A stretch of 39,027 nucleotides of DNA from assembly GCF_000485595.1 (NCBI RefSeq), contig NW_014577064.1, forward strand, positions 848,821-887,847, given 5' to 3'. The notes under the pieces are model-generated. The model was not told the DNA's origin. It was given only the letters and a program-made list of their open reading frames with translations, and did not search any database. Positions 25,175 through 37,815 of this stretch are shown in pieces. A program made the position numbers and the translations under genes. The first letter of the stretch is position 1, and each line of letters starts with the position of its first letter. The DNA comes from Priapulus caudatus. Its lineage: Eukaryota.

Positions 25175-26464
25175 CTAGCCTCGTACCTGGCGTTGCTCGG
25201 GGAAAAACGCGTAGGAACAACTTTTAAAAGCAAATTCAGCCACACATACTTAATTAATTCTAGAATATTCCCCCCTTTCACCCATACAATCCCCATCAGA
25301 AAGGAAAGAGAAGCGTACTGGATTCACAATCTAAACACTATCCAGCCACACGGAGTCAATCTACGGGTAGAGATTCCGGGATGGATAGAAGACAGTAATC
25401 ACCCTCCCACCAGCATGGTATACACGCAAGGCTAATTCTCAGCCGACACTCTAGGGTAGCGGGTGGCTCGGTTTACCTTTTTATAATTTTTTTTACTTAA
25501 TTCTAAAGATAGATTCGTAACAGAGAAACAAACAATACGCAATATTCTGGATAAAAAACAGTTCGAACGATTCTATGATTCTGTGTAGTCAAAGCTTCTG
25601 GATATACAACATTGTTATGAAATTGCGCCAAGTTATTATGAATATGCCTCTCTGGCTTTGCAAGCCTCGTCTCGCCTTTTAAATACACAATTTGTGACAT
25701 CTGTCACGTGTCTCTCTTATCGTTGGGATTCGCTTTACATCAAAATAATACATGAAAACTAAACTAAACTAAATGCATAGGTCATTAAACTAAACCCGTC
25801 AATATAGCACGGTATCAGTTCAGGGCCACTTTCATCGTAAAATAATGAGCAGATTTTAAAAAGTAAATATTTCTCCAAACGTATGGATATCACCTCATTT
25901 TAACCAAATTAGTTGGTCAATTTGGCAGAGATCTGCACCAGTGAAGTCACCATAGATGACATTATCAAAAAGATGAATAGCAGCTGAGTTTAACAAACCT
26001 AATTCTTTATACGATGTTATACATGATTATATCCGAATGTATACACAGACAAATTACAATTTAAAAAATGCAAATAAACGAAAATGAACCACTAAAAGTG
26101 TGTGTTGTACTGCTTTTAAGACTCAACTGACAACTGAATGCATTATAACAAAAATGTATAAATTTGGCATAGTAAAATTGGTATTAACAAGTTTTTGGCT
26201 TTTGTCCGCTAGATGGCTACATTCGCAGGAAAATTGGCTGTTATAATTTTCTGACATCACCCCACTGCTAGAATTATCGGCCGTATTACGGCCTATTTAT
26301 CGTCATTATATCTATAAATATGGGTGGATTTGACAAATATGGATAAGCCTATGTTGGTGTCGGACACACGGGTTATACACAGAAGTCGGTGGCGTGGGCT
26401 TGACGCTCGATCACCGCCGCGAAGACTACCCAGAAAATCGGCCTCTTCTCTCTTATAATATAGA
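25175..26464 (-). mobile_element. Non-autonomous Helitron, copy of 16001-17350
   Basis: The minus strand starts a|TCTATATTATAAGAGAG and ends CCCCGAGCAACGCCAGGTACGAGGCTAG. Confidence 0.7.
25298..25372 (+). mobile_element. Penelope-like element GIY-YIG endonuclease C-terminal fragment
   Basis: RKEREAYWIHNLNTIQPHGVNLRVE matches the R..RE..WI..L.T..P.G.N pattern that ends PLE GIY-YIG domains. Confidence 0.75.
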
Positions 26465-27130
26465 TATGATGAAAAGTTAAAATATTGTCAATAAGCTTGA
26501 GGCGTGACAGTCGCATACTCACACACCTATAGAAAGAATAATTGGGTTTTTACAGGAGTCAGTTTTTGACTATTACAGGCGTCCAAATTTAAGCCATAAC
26601 TTCCAGTTGCAACAAGCTTACAATGGTTCTCACGAAAAAACGCAGGCGAGTGTTTGCACTTTTCACCACAGAAATATGTCGTACGGTCTTATGCATGTGC
26701 CATAGATTTTGTTTTCGTTTTCAAGATAGCATAAAGGTAGATGGCATGACAAATCTAAACACCAACTAAACAAAAAAACAAAGGAAAAGAGAAACGATTC
26801 TACATTAGCGTACTAAAGACGAGACGCTATCAAACAAATATGGTGCTGACGACGATGGTTGCATGTTTGTTCATCACAGTCCACTCACAGTTGTGGCGTC
26901 TCTGGTGTGCGCCGACCTGGGCACAGCGATCGCTCGTGTTTAGCCGAGGAATCTGCAGGAGACATGCCCATGAGCACTCCACGGCGCAACACGCGGTGTG
27001 CAGCAGGTTCAGGAGCACGCACTACAGAGCAAGTGTGTTGCCTAATTTGCAAATCCAAGGGCTCGATGAATTATTTATCGTGTTTCGACGAGCGCACCTT
27101 GCGGTTGTTTTCGCTGTGCTCTTAAGGCAG

Positions 27131-27370
27131 AAGGGGTCGTTTTCGTATAAGGTACTACAGATATGTACCCGAGGTAGTTTTAGGTTGTTTAGTATTATGT
27201 TTATATTTTTATATGAGGTATGTTTAGGGTTAGGGTTAAGGTTAGGGTTAGGGTTAGGATTAGTGTAAGGGTTAGGGTACACTTCTGTAGTACAAGTCTG
27301 GTACACTTTGTGTATACATATATGTACCTCGGGTACATATCTGTAGTACCTGATACGACAACGACCCCTT
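27131..27370. mobile_element. 240-bp MITE with 46-bp TIRs and internal (TTAGGG)n
   Basis: AAGGGGTCGTTTTCGTATAAGGTACTACAGATATGTACCCGAGGTA matches the revcomp of 27325-27370 at 44/46. TTAGGG-type units lie at ~27224-27277. No TSD could be resolved. Confidence 0.8.
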
Positions 27371-27689
27371 GAGCGCTATTAAGGCGTGGTGTAGTAGCCA
27401 GCGGTAGCGGCCGGCCAGGTGCCCGCATGTACTATACCGCCGCTCTTATTTGTGACGCGGGGCAGCGCAGCCGTAACGTTGTCGCCGCGTCGCCGTGATC
27501 AACAGAAGCCACAGACTGCATTCACGTGCCGACATACACGTAGAGCGGCGCAAATTACGTGGCGCCCGTATCACCTTGTCGTATTGAACCCTCGCTATTG
27601 CGTATTAGTTAATATTCCTATGTTATACAGATACACATGTTACCGCGAACAGACACATATACTACACACACACTACACATACACACACA

Positions 27690-27738
<49 letters not shown>

Positions 27739-27764
27739 GCACGCACGCACGCACGCACGTAGCA

Positions 27765-27803
27765 ATAGCAAGCTTTCGAGTATATGTCTCTTCATCAGGC
27801 TAT
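27765..27803 (-). ncRNA. Minimal type I hammerhead ribozyme, Penelope class
   Basis: Minus strand reads ATAGC CTGATGA A GAG ACATATA CTC GAAA GC TT GCTAT: 5-bp stem I, intact core, 3-bp stem II, palindromic AAGCTT in place of stem III, and a CUU cleavage triplet. Confidence 0.72.
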
Positions 27804-28110
27804 ACAATATATATCTACAGTAGAAGTCGGAAAATCCGGACTGCTCGGGGATTGGTTCAGTCCGGATTTTCGGATTTTCCGGATTCTCGGGCATTAAATT
27901 TCAAATTTCAAATTTAAGGAAAAACAAAGAAGAGATGAACAGATAAATTTTAATATAGTTTATTCATTAGCAAATACAGCATGCTTCATTTATCAAAACA
28001 AGCAGTTTTAAAGGGACAGTAGCCTCTAGGATTTTACTGCATACAACTGTACTTACTGTATAACAAATCGTCTATACCCACACGTATTTGTTACCAGATA
28101 CCTAATTTAA

Positions 28111-28135
28111 NNNNNNNNNNNNNNNNNNNNNNNNN
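28111..28135. other. Assembly gap, exactly 25 N
   Basis: Counted directly. Confidence 0.99.
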
Positions 28136-28540
28136 GGGACATAATACATACACTACCATACATACATATCATTACATACATACATACATACATACATAGC
28201 ATACAATACATACATACATGACATTGACATACATACATACATACATACATACAATACATACATAACATAATACGATACATTACATACATACATACTAAAC
28301 ATACAGTAAGCATACAGTACACCTACATACATAGCATACGATAACATACATACATACATACATACATACATACATAACATATCAGTACATACATACACCT
28401 ACATAACAGTAACGATACATACAGTAACCATGACATACATACATACCAATAACATACATACATACACTACATACATCATTACATTACATCCATACATACA
28501 TACATACATAGCATACATAGCATAGCATAACATACATACA

Positions 28541-28571
<31 letters not shown>

Positions 28572-28590
28572 CATACATAGCATACATACA

Positions 28591-28621
<31 letters not shown>

Positions 28622-30886
28622 CATACATACATACATACAATACATACATAACATATCATACATACATAGCATACATACATACATACATACATATCATACA
28701 TAACATACATACATCACATACATACATACAATACAATACATACATACATACAACATACATACATACATAAGCATACATACATACAAAGACATAGCATACC
28801 ATACATACAGTACATACAGTACATACGATACATACATACATAAAATCATAACTCACTACATTACATACAACATAACATCCATACATACCATACATACAGT
28901 ACATACATACATACAAGTACATACATACATACCATACATACATCCACATAACATACGATACATACATATCATACATACCATACATACATACATAACATAC
29001 ATACATACTATACATACATACATACATACATAACATACATACATACATACATACATACATAATAATCACGCATACGCACGAGAATTGATCGGCTCGCGCG
29101 AGTGTTGCCGTACGTTTATCACATTCGCACGCGCGCATTTCTTCGTAACATCGTGACGATCGTTTTGCGAGATGCAAATGCGAGCTACCGCGCGAACGAT
29201 CCCTCTGTCAATCCGACAGACAGATAAGCGAAATAATCAAAATTCGCTCTCATCTTTCCCCGCGATCGATGCTAAAAAGTATGGGGCGTGTTGCGCGCGC
29301 ATCGTCCCACATTCTATTCACATATTCCAGGTCCTCTGAGATCTCCTGCCTCTGGCTCGGCTTGCAAGTCGTCTCTGAGTCTCATGTCCATGTTGTCCGC
29401 CTGTCTCATGACAGAATTATTGCTGGTTATTTGAGCAACCAGTTGCGGCAGATTGGAAAGTCATCGGTTTCCTTGCATCTTCGTCTCGGAGCAATCACAG
29501 ATTTTATCATTCCAAAAACTCAATGACATTCCTCCACATCTATACAATAACTGTATATAAAACATAAAGTAATATAAATAATAAATAAATCAATACAATA
29601 AATAATAATATAATAAAATAATAATAAATAAATAAATAAATACATAAATACAATGAATAATATATATATATGGGGGGGGGTTTTATATGGGCTAGCGAAA
29701 GAAATTCCACCACTTGCGAATTTTGCGGAGCCATGTCACGATGCGCATGAGCATTATACACGCGATCATTGCCGCGCCAAGCGGCGCTCGTTCCTCGGCA
29801 ACTAAAACACCAGTGAATGTAAATGCCAAAATTAGTTTAACGCGATCCCCAACAGTAATCATCCCTGGCAAATGTTTACTTCGCGATACAATGTCTTTTA
29901 GCATGGCTATATGATTTTTCCAAATGGCGAAATAGAAGTAATTTATTTCACGAATTGTGATTATCGTCCTGGGAAAGCGATTGGAGGGGCGAGGTTAATT
30001 GAATGTATAAAGGTATAATGTTTGTGTTTCGTGTTACATTGAGTTAATTTACGACCTAATAAATAATGTATTATGAGATCTAGTATGTATATCTGATTTC
30101 TAAGTGGTTTGTGCGTCACGAGCCCACTACTCTCCTGCTTTTGACATATAGTATAACAAAACGATTTTGGCCTCGTTATTCGGGCAACATATTGGGTTTC
30201 CCTGCCCAAAAGCTCTATTTCTCCTTCACGAACCTTATAGAATACTATGTATCTATGTACGTGGGGTGTATCGCTGGGTGTGGGAGGGGGTTTTGTGTGT
30301 GTTCTGGCGGGGGGGGGGGTCGTGGCCGTCAGACCCGGTCGCTCGGCTTACTCGCGCGCTCTTCGGCTCTTTCCCCCATATCACCTAATTCACATCGCGG
30401 TTTATAAATGTGATAATCACCCGATTGGCCGAGTGCGCGAGCTGTGTGCTCAGACCAAATGTAATAACCTTACGATACTTCCACGTATAGCAGATAATGG
30501 AAAATTCCGCCAGAACTGAATGGGGCGCATATCACTCACCATCAGACTGAATATTGGCTGGCAAGGCCATAGTAAGCTACACTGTAACAGTGTATGCAAC
30601 GCGAAAAGCGGTTTGCATCCGTCACATCCAGCGATCATGGTCGCTGGTATCATGTTGTCGTCCGATGTCAAATCGATTGTCGTTTTCGATACGCTGTTAT
30701 TATGCCGCATATGTAATGAACATGGGAAGCCAGGCTGCCATCGACTGGTATGATTGTCAGATTCTAAAAACTTTGGTCTTGTCACACACCTGCTCGCGCA
30801 GTTCACTCTACTAGATCTGGCCAGATTATGGTTAGAAAATACTATTACAACAACGTCTATAGTTAGTGAAACTAGTCGTGTTGCGG

Positions 30887-30923
<37 letters not shown>

Positions 30924-30983
30924 GTGTGTGTGTGTTGTGTGGTGTGTGTGTGTGTGTGTGTGGTGTGTGTGTGTGTGTGTGTT

Positions 30984-31044
<61 letters not shown>

Positions 31045-34000
31045 TGTGTGTGTGGTGTGTGTGTGTGTGTGTGTGTGTGGTAAATTCCCTCGGCATTTAT
31101 AGGGACACTGGCCATTAGTGTTTAGATTCCGCAATCACAAGTCGATCATCCCAATCCAGCGAAGGTTCAATGAGAGTGTTCCATCATTTAACACAAAATT
31201 CGCTAGCGATTTATCCAAGATCATTTATTTCTACTCTTTCATACACACTTTTAAAAATAAAAATTGTGAATAAAACTACGTACTTAAATGCTATTAATGT
31301 AGCGTGATTTGGGCTAGACTATAATATGACCTTATGGATGCCCTGCGGCTTCAAATGAAACATTGCTCAGTGTTACAGAATAGGTTGAACTAACGTAGAA
31401 TTAGTAATTATTTGAGCGTAATGCCGGTCACATGGCATTGTAAATGTGTCAAGTAATGCCACCCCTGCTTCAGTAGGACCTGAGTACGAATTATGAATAT
31501 AAATTACTACACAATAACGTTTAAGCCGCGGCGCACACGTGGCGATTTTTATCGCTAGTACCGGCGATTCTGTTGCCGGCGACAAAATCGCCGAGAAATC
31601 GCCACGTGTGCGCTGCCCGGCGTCACCGATTTTGACCGCAGAAACTCGTCGCTTGGAATTATCCAAACATGGTTTGATATTGTTGCCCGCAGTCGCTGAA
31701 CAATCGCTCACGTGTGCGCCCGCACTGGCGATGGATCTCGGCAACAGTTTTTTGGATTTAACCAATCAAATGCATGATTTGAAGCACGTGATCAAATATT
31801 GGCAGCGCCCGTGGTGTGGTTTTGAACAGGTCACGCGTACAGTTCATTACAGTGGTATGTCGCTGATAGACGGTTGAATTGTCGCCAGGGTGGCGCACAC
31901 GTGGCGATTTTTATCGACAAGTACCAGCGATTAAAAATCGACGGTACTGTCGATAAAAATCGCCACGTGTGCGCCGGGCTTTAGAATGAATCTGGCACCA
32001 CCTCAGCATACAAAAGCTGGAAAATAATGAGGTGACCTTCTCAGGGGGTTCACACGTGTGTGTATCTGTGTGCACGTTGCGTGTACGTGCGTGTACCCTG
32101 CGTGTACGTGCGTGTAGCCCGCGTGTACGCTCGTGTATCTCCTGTACCCGCGTGTACGTGCGTGTATCTGCGTGTACGTGTACGTGCGGTATCTGCGTGT
32201 ACGTGCGTGTATCTGCGTGTACGTGCGTGTACCGCTAGTGTACGTGCGTGTACCTGGCGTGATGCGTGCGTGTACCCGCGTGTAAGCGTGCGTGTATCTC
32301 CGTTTACCCGCGTGTACGTGCGTGTATCTGCGTGTACGGTGCGTGTACGTGCGTGTATCTGCGTGTACGTGCGTGTACCTGCGTATACGTGCGTGTACCC
32401 GAGTGTACGTGCGTGTACCCGCGTGTACGTGCATTGTATCATCGTGTACCCGCGTGTACGTGCGTGTATCTGCGTGTGTACGTGTAGTGCGTGATCTGGC
32501 GTGTACCGTGCGTGGTATCTGCCGTGTACGTGCGTGTACCGCGCGTGTACGTGCGTGTACCTGCGTGTACGTGCGTGTACCCGCGTGTACGTGCGTTATA
32601 CTGCCGTGTACCGCGTGTACGTGCGTGTACGTGCGTGTATATGCGTGTACGTACGTGTTCACATGCGTGTACCCTGCGTGTATGCTGCGTGTACAGTGCG
32701 TGTATCTCCGTGTACCGCCGCGTGTACGTGCGTGTATCTGCATGTACGTGCATGTACCCGCGTGTACGTGCATGTACACGCCTCTGGTGCGTGCTGCCTG
32801 AGCAGCCATTGTTTTACAAAATTGCCTAGCTTAGCCTCGTTTTCGTGCGATGACCCCAGGTCATGATATAATATTAAGACTGGTCTATATCCACAAGACA
32901 GGTCTTATTAGAAGCAAGGTGTGTCAAAAGAACGCGAGGTCGGAAAGCCAATGTCAGATCTAACGCGGCTGCTGGATGAGTCTGCAACAACCAACAGGGA
33001 CCGACTCAAGCTGACAGGGAGCTCATTAGTTTACTCTGAACGTTGTGGCGGGAGAGGCTCTACCGGATTGCATTGTTAAGCCGCCGAGCTCCGATGTACT
33101 CAAAAACTGACGCATTTCATCACGCAGCCAACATCTATCTATCTATCTTCATTCATCCACATCCATCCATGCCATCCATCTATCATCCATCATGCCATCA
33201 TCCATCCATCCATCATCCATCCATCCATCCATACCATCCATCCATCCATCCATCCATCATCCATCCATTCCATCCATCCATCCATCCATTCCATCATCCA
33301 TCCATCCATCCATCCATCCATCCATCCATCCATCCATCCATCCACCATCCAACCTCCAACCATCCATCCATACCATCCATCCATTCCATCCATCCATTCA
33401 TTCCATCCATCCATTTATCCATTCATCCATCCATCCATCCATCCATCCATCCATCCATCCATCCATCCATCCATCCATCCAACCATCCAACACCCAAACC
33501 ATCCATCCATCCATCCATCCATCCATCATCCATACCATCCATTCATCCATCCATCCATCCATCCATCATCCATACCATCCATCCATCCCAACCATCCTCC
33601 ATCCATCCTGCATCCATGCCATCCATCCATCCATGCCATCCATCCATCCATCCATCCATCCATCCATCCATCCATGCCATCCATCCCATCGCATCCATCC
33701 ATCCATCATCCATCCATTCATCCATTCATCCAGTCCATCCATCCATCCATCCATCTCATCCATCCATCCATCCATCCATCCATCCATCCATCCATCTATC
33801 CATCTATATATGTATATATCATATACAGTAAAGGTCCAGAAATCCGGACCATCCGAGAATCTGGACTTGTAATAATACTCTAATAACCTAAAATAAATAA
33901 TTAATTTGTTTAAAGTAACTTCTGCTTTCATTTGTTTACTGTATTTTTCTTTTACAATGTTTATTTTAAACATGATTTCAAGCATTACACGCTCTTTTGT

Positions 34001-34530
34001 AGTGGAATTTTTGTCAAGTTTTGAGTTTATTTTTCTTTAAAGGGGAGAGGTTATCTTTCAGCTAATTTAGGTTTATAATTACGCTTAACAAAAAGTTTTC
34101 ATGGTTCAATCACCATTAGAAATATTTTTAAAAAAAACGTTGTAAACTAACGACTTACAGTTTGATTACAACGACGGTGCGCCACTCAAAGCGCACGATT
34201 CTGATAAGTTGCCGCAAAAACCACTTTCCCAGCCAAGGGCTACAGACGAGGGTGTTTCTTATTTATTCATTTAAAAGCAAAAAGGATTGTAATATCTTAA
34301 AACGACATATAGTTTCAGTTATAATATGGATAAATTTGCCTAAAATGAATATCGTTCGGATTAATAGCATTTAGGTATAAATATAATTTCACTTTTGTGA
34401 TTAGCCCTCGGTCTGTAACGTGCAAAATAAATTGTAAAATACGCAACTTTTTCGGGGTGGCAAGCCACGGTCGCGGGTGTCATGCGGCCGTTCAAATTTC
34501 GTAGCGTTGATGTGTAATTAATTATAACAA
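28136..34530. other. Block 5: direct copy of 7771-14224
   Basis: Starts GGGACATAAT and ends TTAATTATAACAA, matching 14211-14224. Confidence 0.93.
31524..31980. mobile_element. Harbinger-like MITE, copy 3 (same flanks)
   Basis: TTA TSD and TIRs. Confidence 0.85.
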
Positions 34531-34533
34531 TGT

Positions 34534-34549
34534 TATGTACGTACGTATG

Positions 34550-34580
<31 letters not shown>

Positions 34581-34840
34581 TTGTATGTACGTACGTACGT
34601 ACGTACGTACGTACGTACGTACGTACGTATGTATGTATGTATGTATGTATGTATGTATGTATGTATGTATGTACGTACGTACGTACGTACGTACGTACGT
34701 ACGTACGTATGTATGTATGTATGTATGTATGTATGTATGTATGTATGTACGTACGTACGTACGTACGTACGTACGTACGTACGTATGTATGTATGTATGT
34801 ATGTATGTATGTATGTATGTATGTATGTATGTATGTATGT
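34534..34840. repeat. Clean compound (TATG)n/(TACG)n microsatellite
   Basis: Alternating near-perfect blocks seen directly. Confidence 0.97.
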
Positions 34841-36005
34841 GTCGATATAGAAGCACGACCAGAGAGGTTAACCGACGTCAAAAAATGTTGAAATGCACCG
34901 GCCAATGAGACGGCGATGAAGTTGTTATATGTTTGTCGTTTTTATACGATTGTGCCGTGAACGCAATCGATGAACTACGCCATAGTTCAGTGCCGTTATA
35001 CGCGCTACGCATATCAGCAGCTTTGCCACAATAGTGTGCGTGTGCGTGTGAGCGTGTCTGCGTGTGTTGTTGTCGCACGACACCGCGTCGGCCTATATTC
35101 ACGAGCATCTACTCGCGCCGACAGTTGTCGACTCTAACCGTGCTAGCGGTTTGCGTCGTTGTCTGGCTTGACGACACGCATTCTTAGCGCACGATCGATG
35201 GCTCTGGCTACGGCCAGGTGCAAAGCCGGAGTCGCTACACGCGGCTTCAAAGTTACAGCGACATCAAAGAACAATGCCGACATTTCGCCGCAGCCTCCTG
35301 CACGGATAAATCACACAGGCAACGTTTCGCTCTTGGTGCCGCTCTTCTTCTCGGCAGCGAAACAGAGGATATGAGATCACGCTAGAGACCATGATGACAA
35401 ATCGAAATATAAGTGCGATAAACTTATTAATTATCGCCAGAAACCGCCCGCTAACGATGACGAATTGCTTCGCGGGGCGATTTGCTTGGATTCCTCATCA
35501 CTGCGCTGTCCTGATGACGTGCAACAGTGTATTGCAGTATATGGGATCTTCAACGTTACGCTACGCATAGGAGGGCTGGCTGGCTACACACATGACTAGC
35601 GGCAGCACACCGAGATGCCCGCCCGCCCGCCGGCGCGTTGATAATGAAAGCGGCGGGAATATTAAAAATCGTTTAAAAATCGTCTAGCGTTATAGTAATT
35701 AGCAAGGGGAGCTCACTGTGACTAGGAGTGAGGCAAGCGCGGCCTGGCCTTTACTTGTGCGTGGCGGGAGTGCATGTTAACTTACAAATTAGATCGTCCA
35801 ACGTGCGAGCTGATGCGAAAATTCATATTTCTTATCGTAAGCGGTATGTGGCGTTGGAATTACGTTCAGTTCCCATTCCCTTCTAATGAACCACGTGAGG
35901 ACAGGTTCATCAGGATGCTGTGAGCGCTACAGATGTAAAACCTTATTCAGTGGAATATGGTCGGTGGATAGTGCCTAGTGAGCGAGCGTCACTTATAGAG
36001 TGATA

Positions 36006-36501
36006 CAGTAAAAACCAGCGTATAAGAACCTGTATTTTTCCAAGTTAGCCTAAAAAGGTTCTTATATAATCGGTGTTTACTGGGAAATTAGGGTATTTAG
36101 GTTCTTAAAATAGGTTCTTATTTTCTGAAAATGAGAAAATGTGCTTGTTGCTGGTAGAATATTGGTGCGGTCCATTGTTTATACAAAATATATATATAAT
36201 AATGTCTAAATGACTGCAATCTAGACAAATACATATAATTATGTCTAAATGACTGCAATCTAGACAAATACAAACCATATTCAACGTTGTATTTTCCCAA
36301 TCTTATTTCCTTTCATGCCCTTTATGCTTTTTAAAGGCATATACCACTAACAGCTTGTCTTAGTTGATTTATGAATTTTAAACTGAATTTTATCAAATAA
36401 GAAATCGTTTCAAATTTTATGCTAAAACAGGTTCTTATGTCAAGGGGTCTAATGCATAACAGGTTTTTAATCACTAGGTTCCTATACGCGGGGTTTTACT
36501 G
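36006..36501. mobile_element. pogo/Tigger-like MITE, 496 bp, TA TSD
   Basis: ta|CAGTAAAAACCAGCGTATAAGAACCT vs the revcomp of the end, CAGTAAAACCCCGCGTATAGGAACCT, match at 23/26. It has repeated internal GGTTCTTA motifs and an internal 39-bp-period duplication at ~36202-36272. Confidence 0.85.
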
Positions 36502-36718
36502 TATATAGAATGATTGTAGAGAGAGCGAGAGAAGGAAATGAAGAGGAAGAACTGTATCGAAAGGAGGGATGGAGGGGTAAAGAAGGGAAAGACCAGATAT
36601 AGCTAAGAAACGAGGGAAGTAGGGAGGCAACGAAGGAGGCAGAGATATATCGTTAGAGAACGTACGGGAGCGATACAGACATATATTAAGTGACCTGTAA
36701 CATTACATGTAAAGATAA

Positions 36719-36969
36719 ATAAACAGATAGGGCTCGAGCGAGAGCATAAACAGATAGGGCACGAGCGAGAGCATAAACAGATAGGGCACAAAGCGAGAGC
36801 ATAAACAGATAGGGCACAAAGCGAGAGCATAAACAGATAGGGCACAAAGCGAGAGCATAAACAGATAGGGCACGAGCGAGAGCATAAACAGATAGGGCAC
36901 GAGCGAGAGCATAAACAGATAGGGCACGAGCGAGAGCATAAACAGATAGGGCACGAGCGAGAGCATAAA
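36719..36969. repeat. 27/28-bp minisatellite ATAAACAGATAGGGCAC(G|AA)AGCGAGAGC, 9 units
   Basis: Six 27-bp units and three adjacent 28-bp units counted. Confidence 0.95.
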
Positions 36970-37029
36970 AAAAGAGAAAGTTAGAAAAACAGCGAGGGAG
37001 AGGGAAAACGAGAGAAAGAGACAAAGACA

Positions 37030-37044
37030 GATAGAGACAGAGAG

Positions 37045-37077
<33 letters not shown>

Positions 37078-37132
37078 TAAAGAAAGATGGGGAGTGAGGC
37101 AGAGAGAGGTGCGTAGAGAGACAGAGAGAGAT

Positions 37133-37204
<72 letters not shown>

Positions 37205-37738
37205 GGAGATATAAANNNNNNNNNNNNNNNNNNNNNNNNNNNNNNNNNNNNNNNNNNNNNNNNNNNNNNNNNNNNNNNNNNNNNNNNNNNNNNNNNNNNN
37301 NNNNNNNNNNNNNNNNNNNNNNNNNNNNNNNNNNNNNNNNNNNNNNNNNNNNNNNNNNNNNNNNNNNNNNNNNNNNNNNNNNNNNNNNNNNNNNNNNNNN
37401 NNNNNNNNNNNNNNNNNNNNNNNNNNNNNNNNNNNNNNNNNNNNNNNNNNNNNNNNNNNNNNNNNNNNNNNNNNNNNNNNNNNNNNNNNNNNNNNNNNNN
37501 NNNNNNNNNNNNNNNNNNNNNNNNNNNNNNNNNNNNNNNNNNNNNNNNNNNNNNNNNNNNNNNNNNNNNNNNNNNNNNNNNNNNNNNNNNNNNNNNNNNN
37601 NNNNNNNNNNNNNNNNNNNNNNNNNNNNNNNNNNNNNNNNNNNNNNNNNNNNNNNNNNNNNNNNNNNNNNNNNNNNNNNNNNNNNNNNNNNNNNNNNNNN
37701 NNNNNNNNNNNNNNNNNNNNNNNNNNNNNNNNNNNNNN

Positions 37739-37804
<66 letters not shown>

Positions 37805-37815
37805 GAGAGAGAGAG
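37030..37815. repeat. (GA)n tract spanning a 523-N gap (37216-37738)
   Basis: Seen directly. Confidence 0.93.

Larger units (their letters stand above)
23339..28110 (+). other. Block 4: 95-bp exact copy of 7676-7770, then revcomp of ~14225-19231 (correct orientation relative to the flanks)
   Basis: 23339-23433 equals 7676-7770. The block ends CCTAATTTAA, the revcomp of 14225-14234. Confidence 0.93.

Noticed and set aside
26840..27268. 142-aa ORF as a second receptor exon
   Set aside because: The frame is not preserved in the other copy, it runs into the TTAGGG MITE, and it shows no ATD similarity.
14225..28110. Giant palindrome with two oppositely oriented receptor gene copies
   Set aside because: Indel-dominated divergence, 25-N gaps and restorable junctions point to an assembly artefact; it is reported as such.
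36719..36969. Regular 27-28 bp repeats as a possible CRISPR array
   Set aside because: The units are head-to-tail with no unique spacers, the context is eukaryotic, and there are no cas genes.
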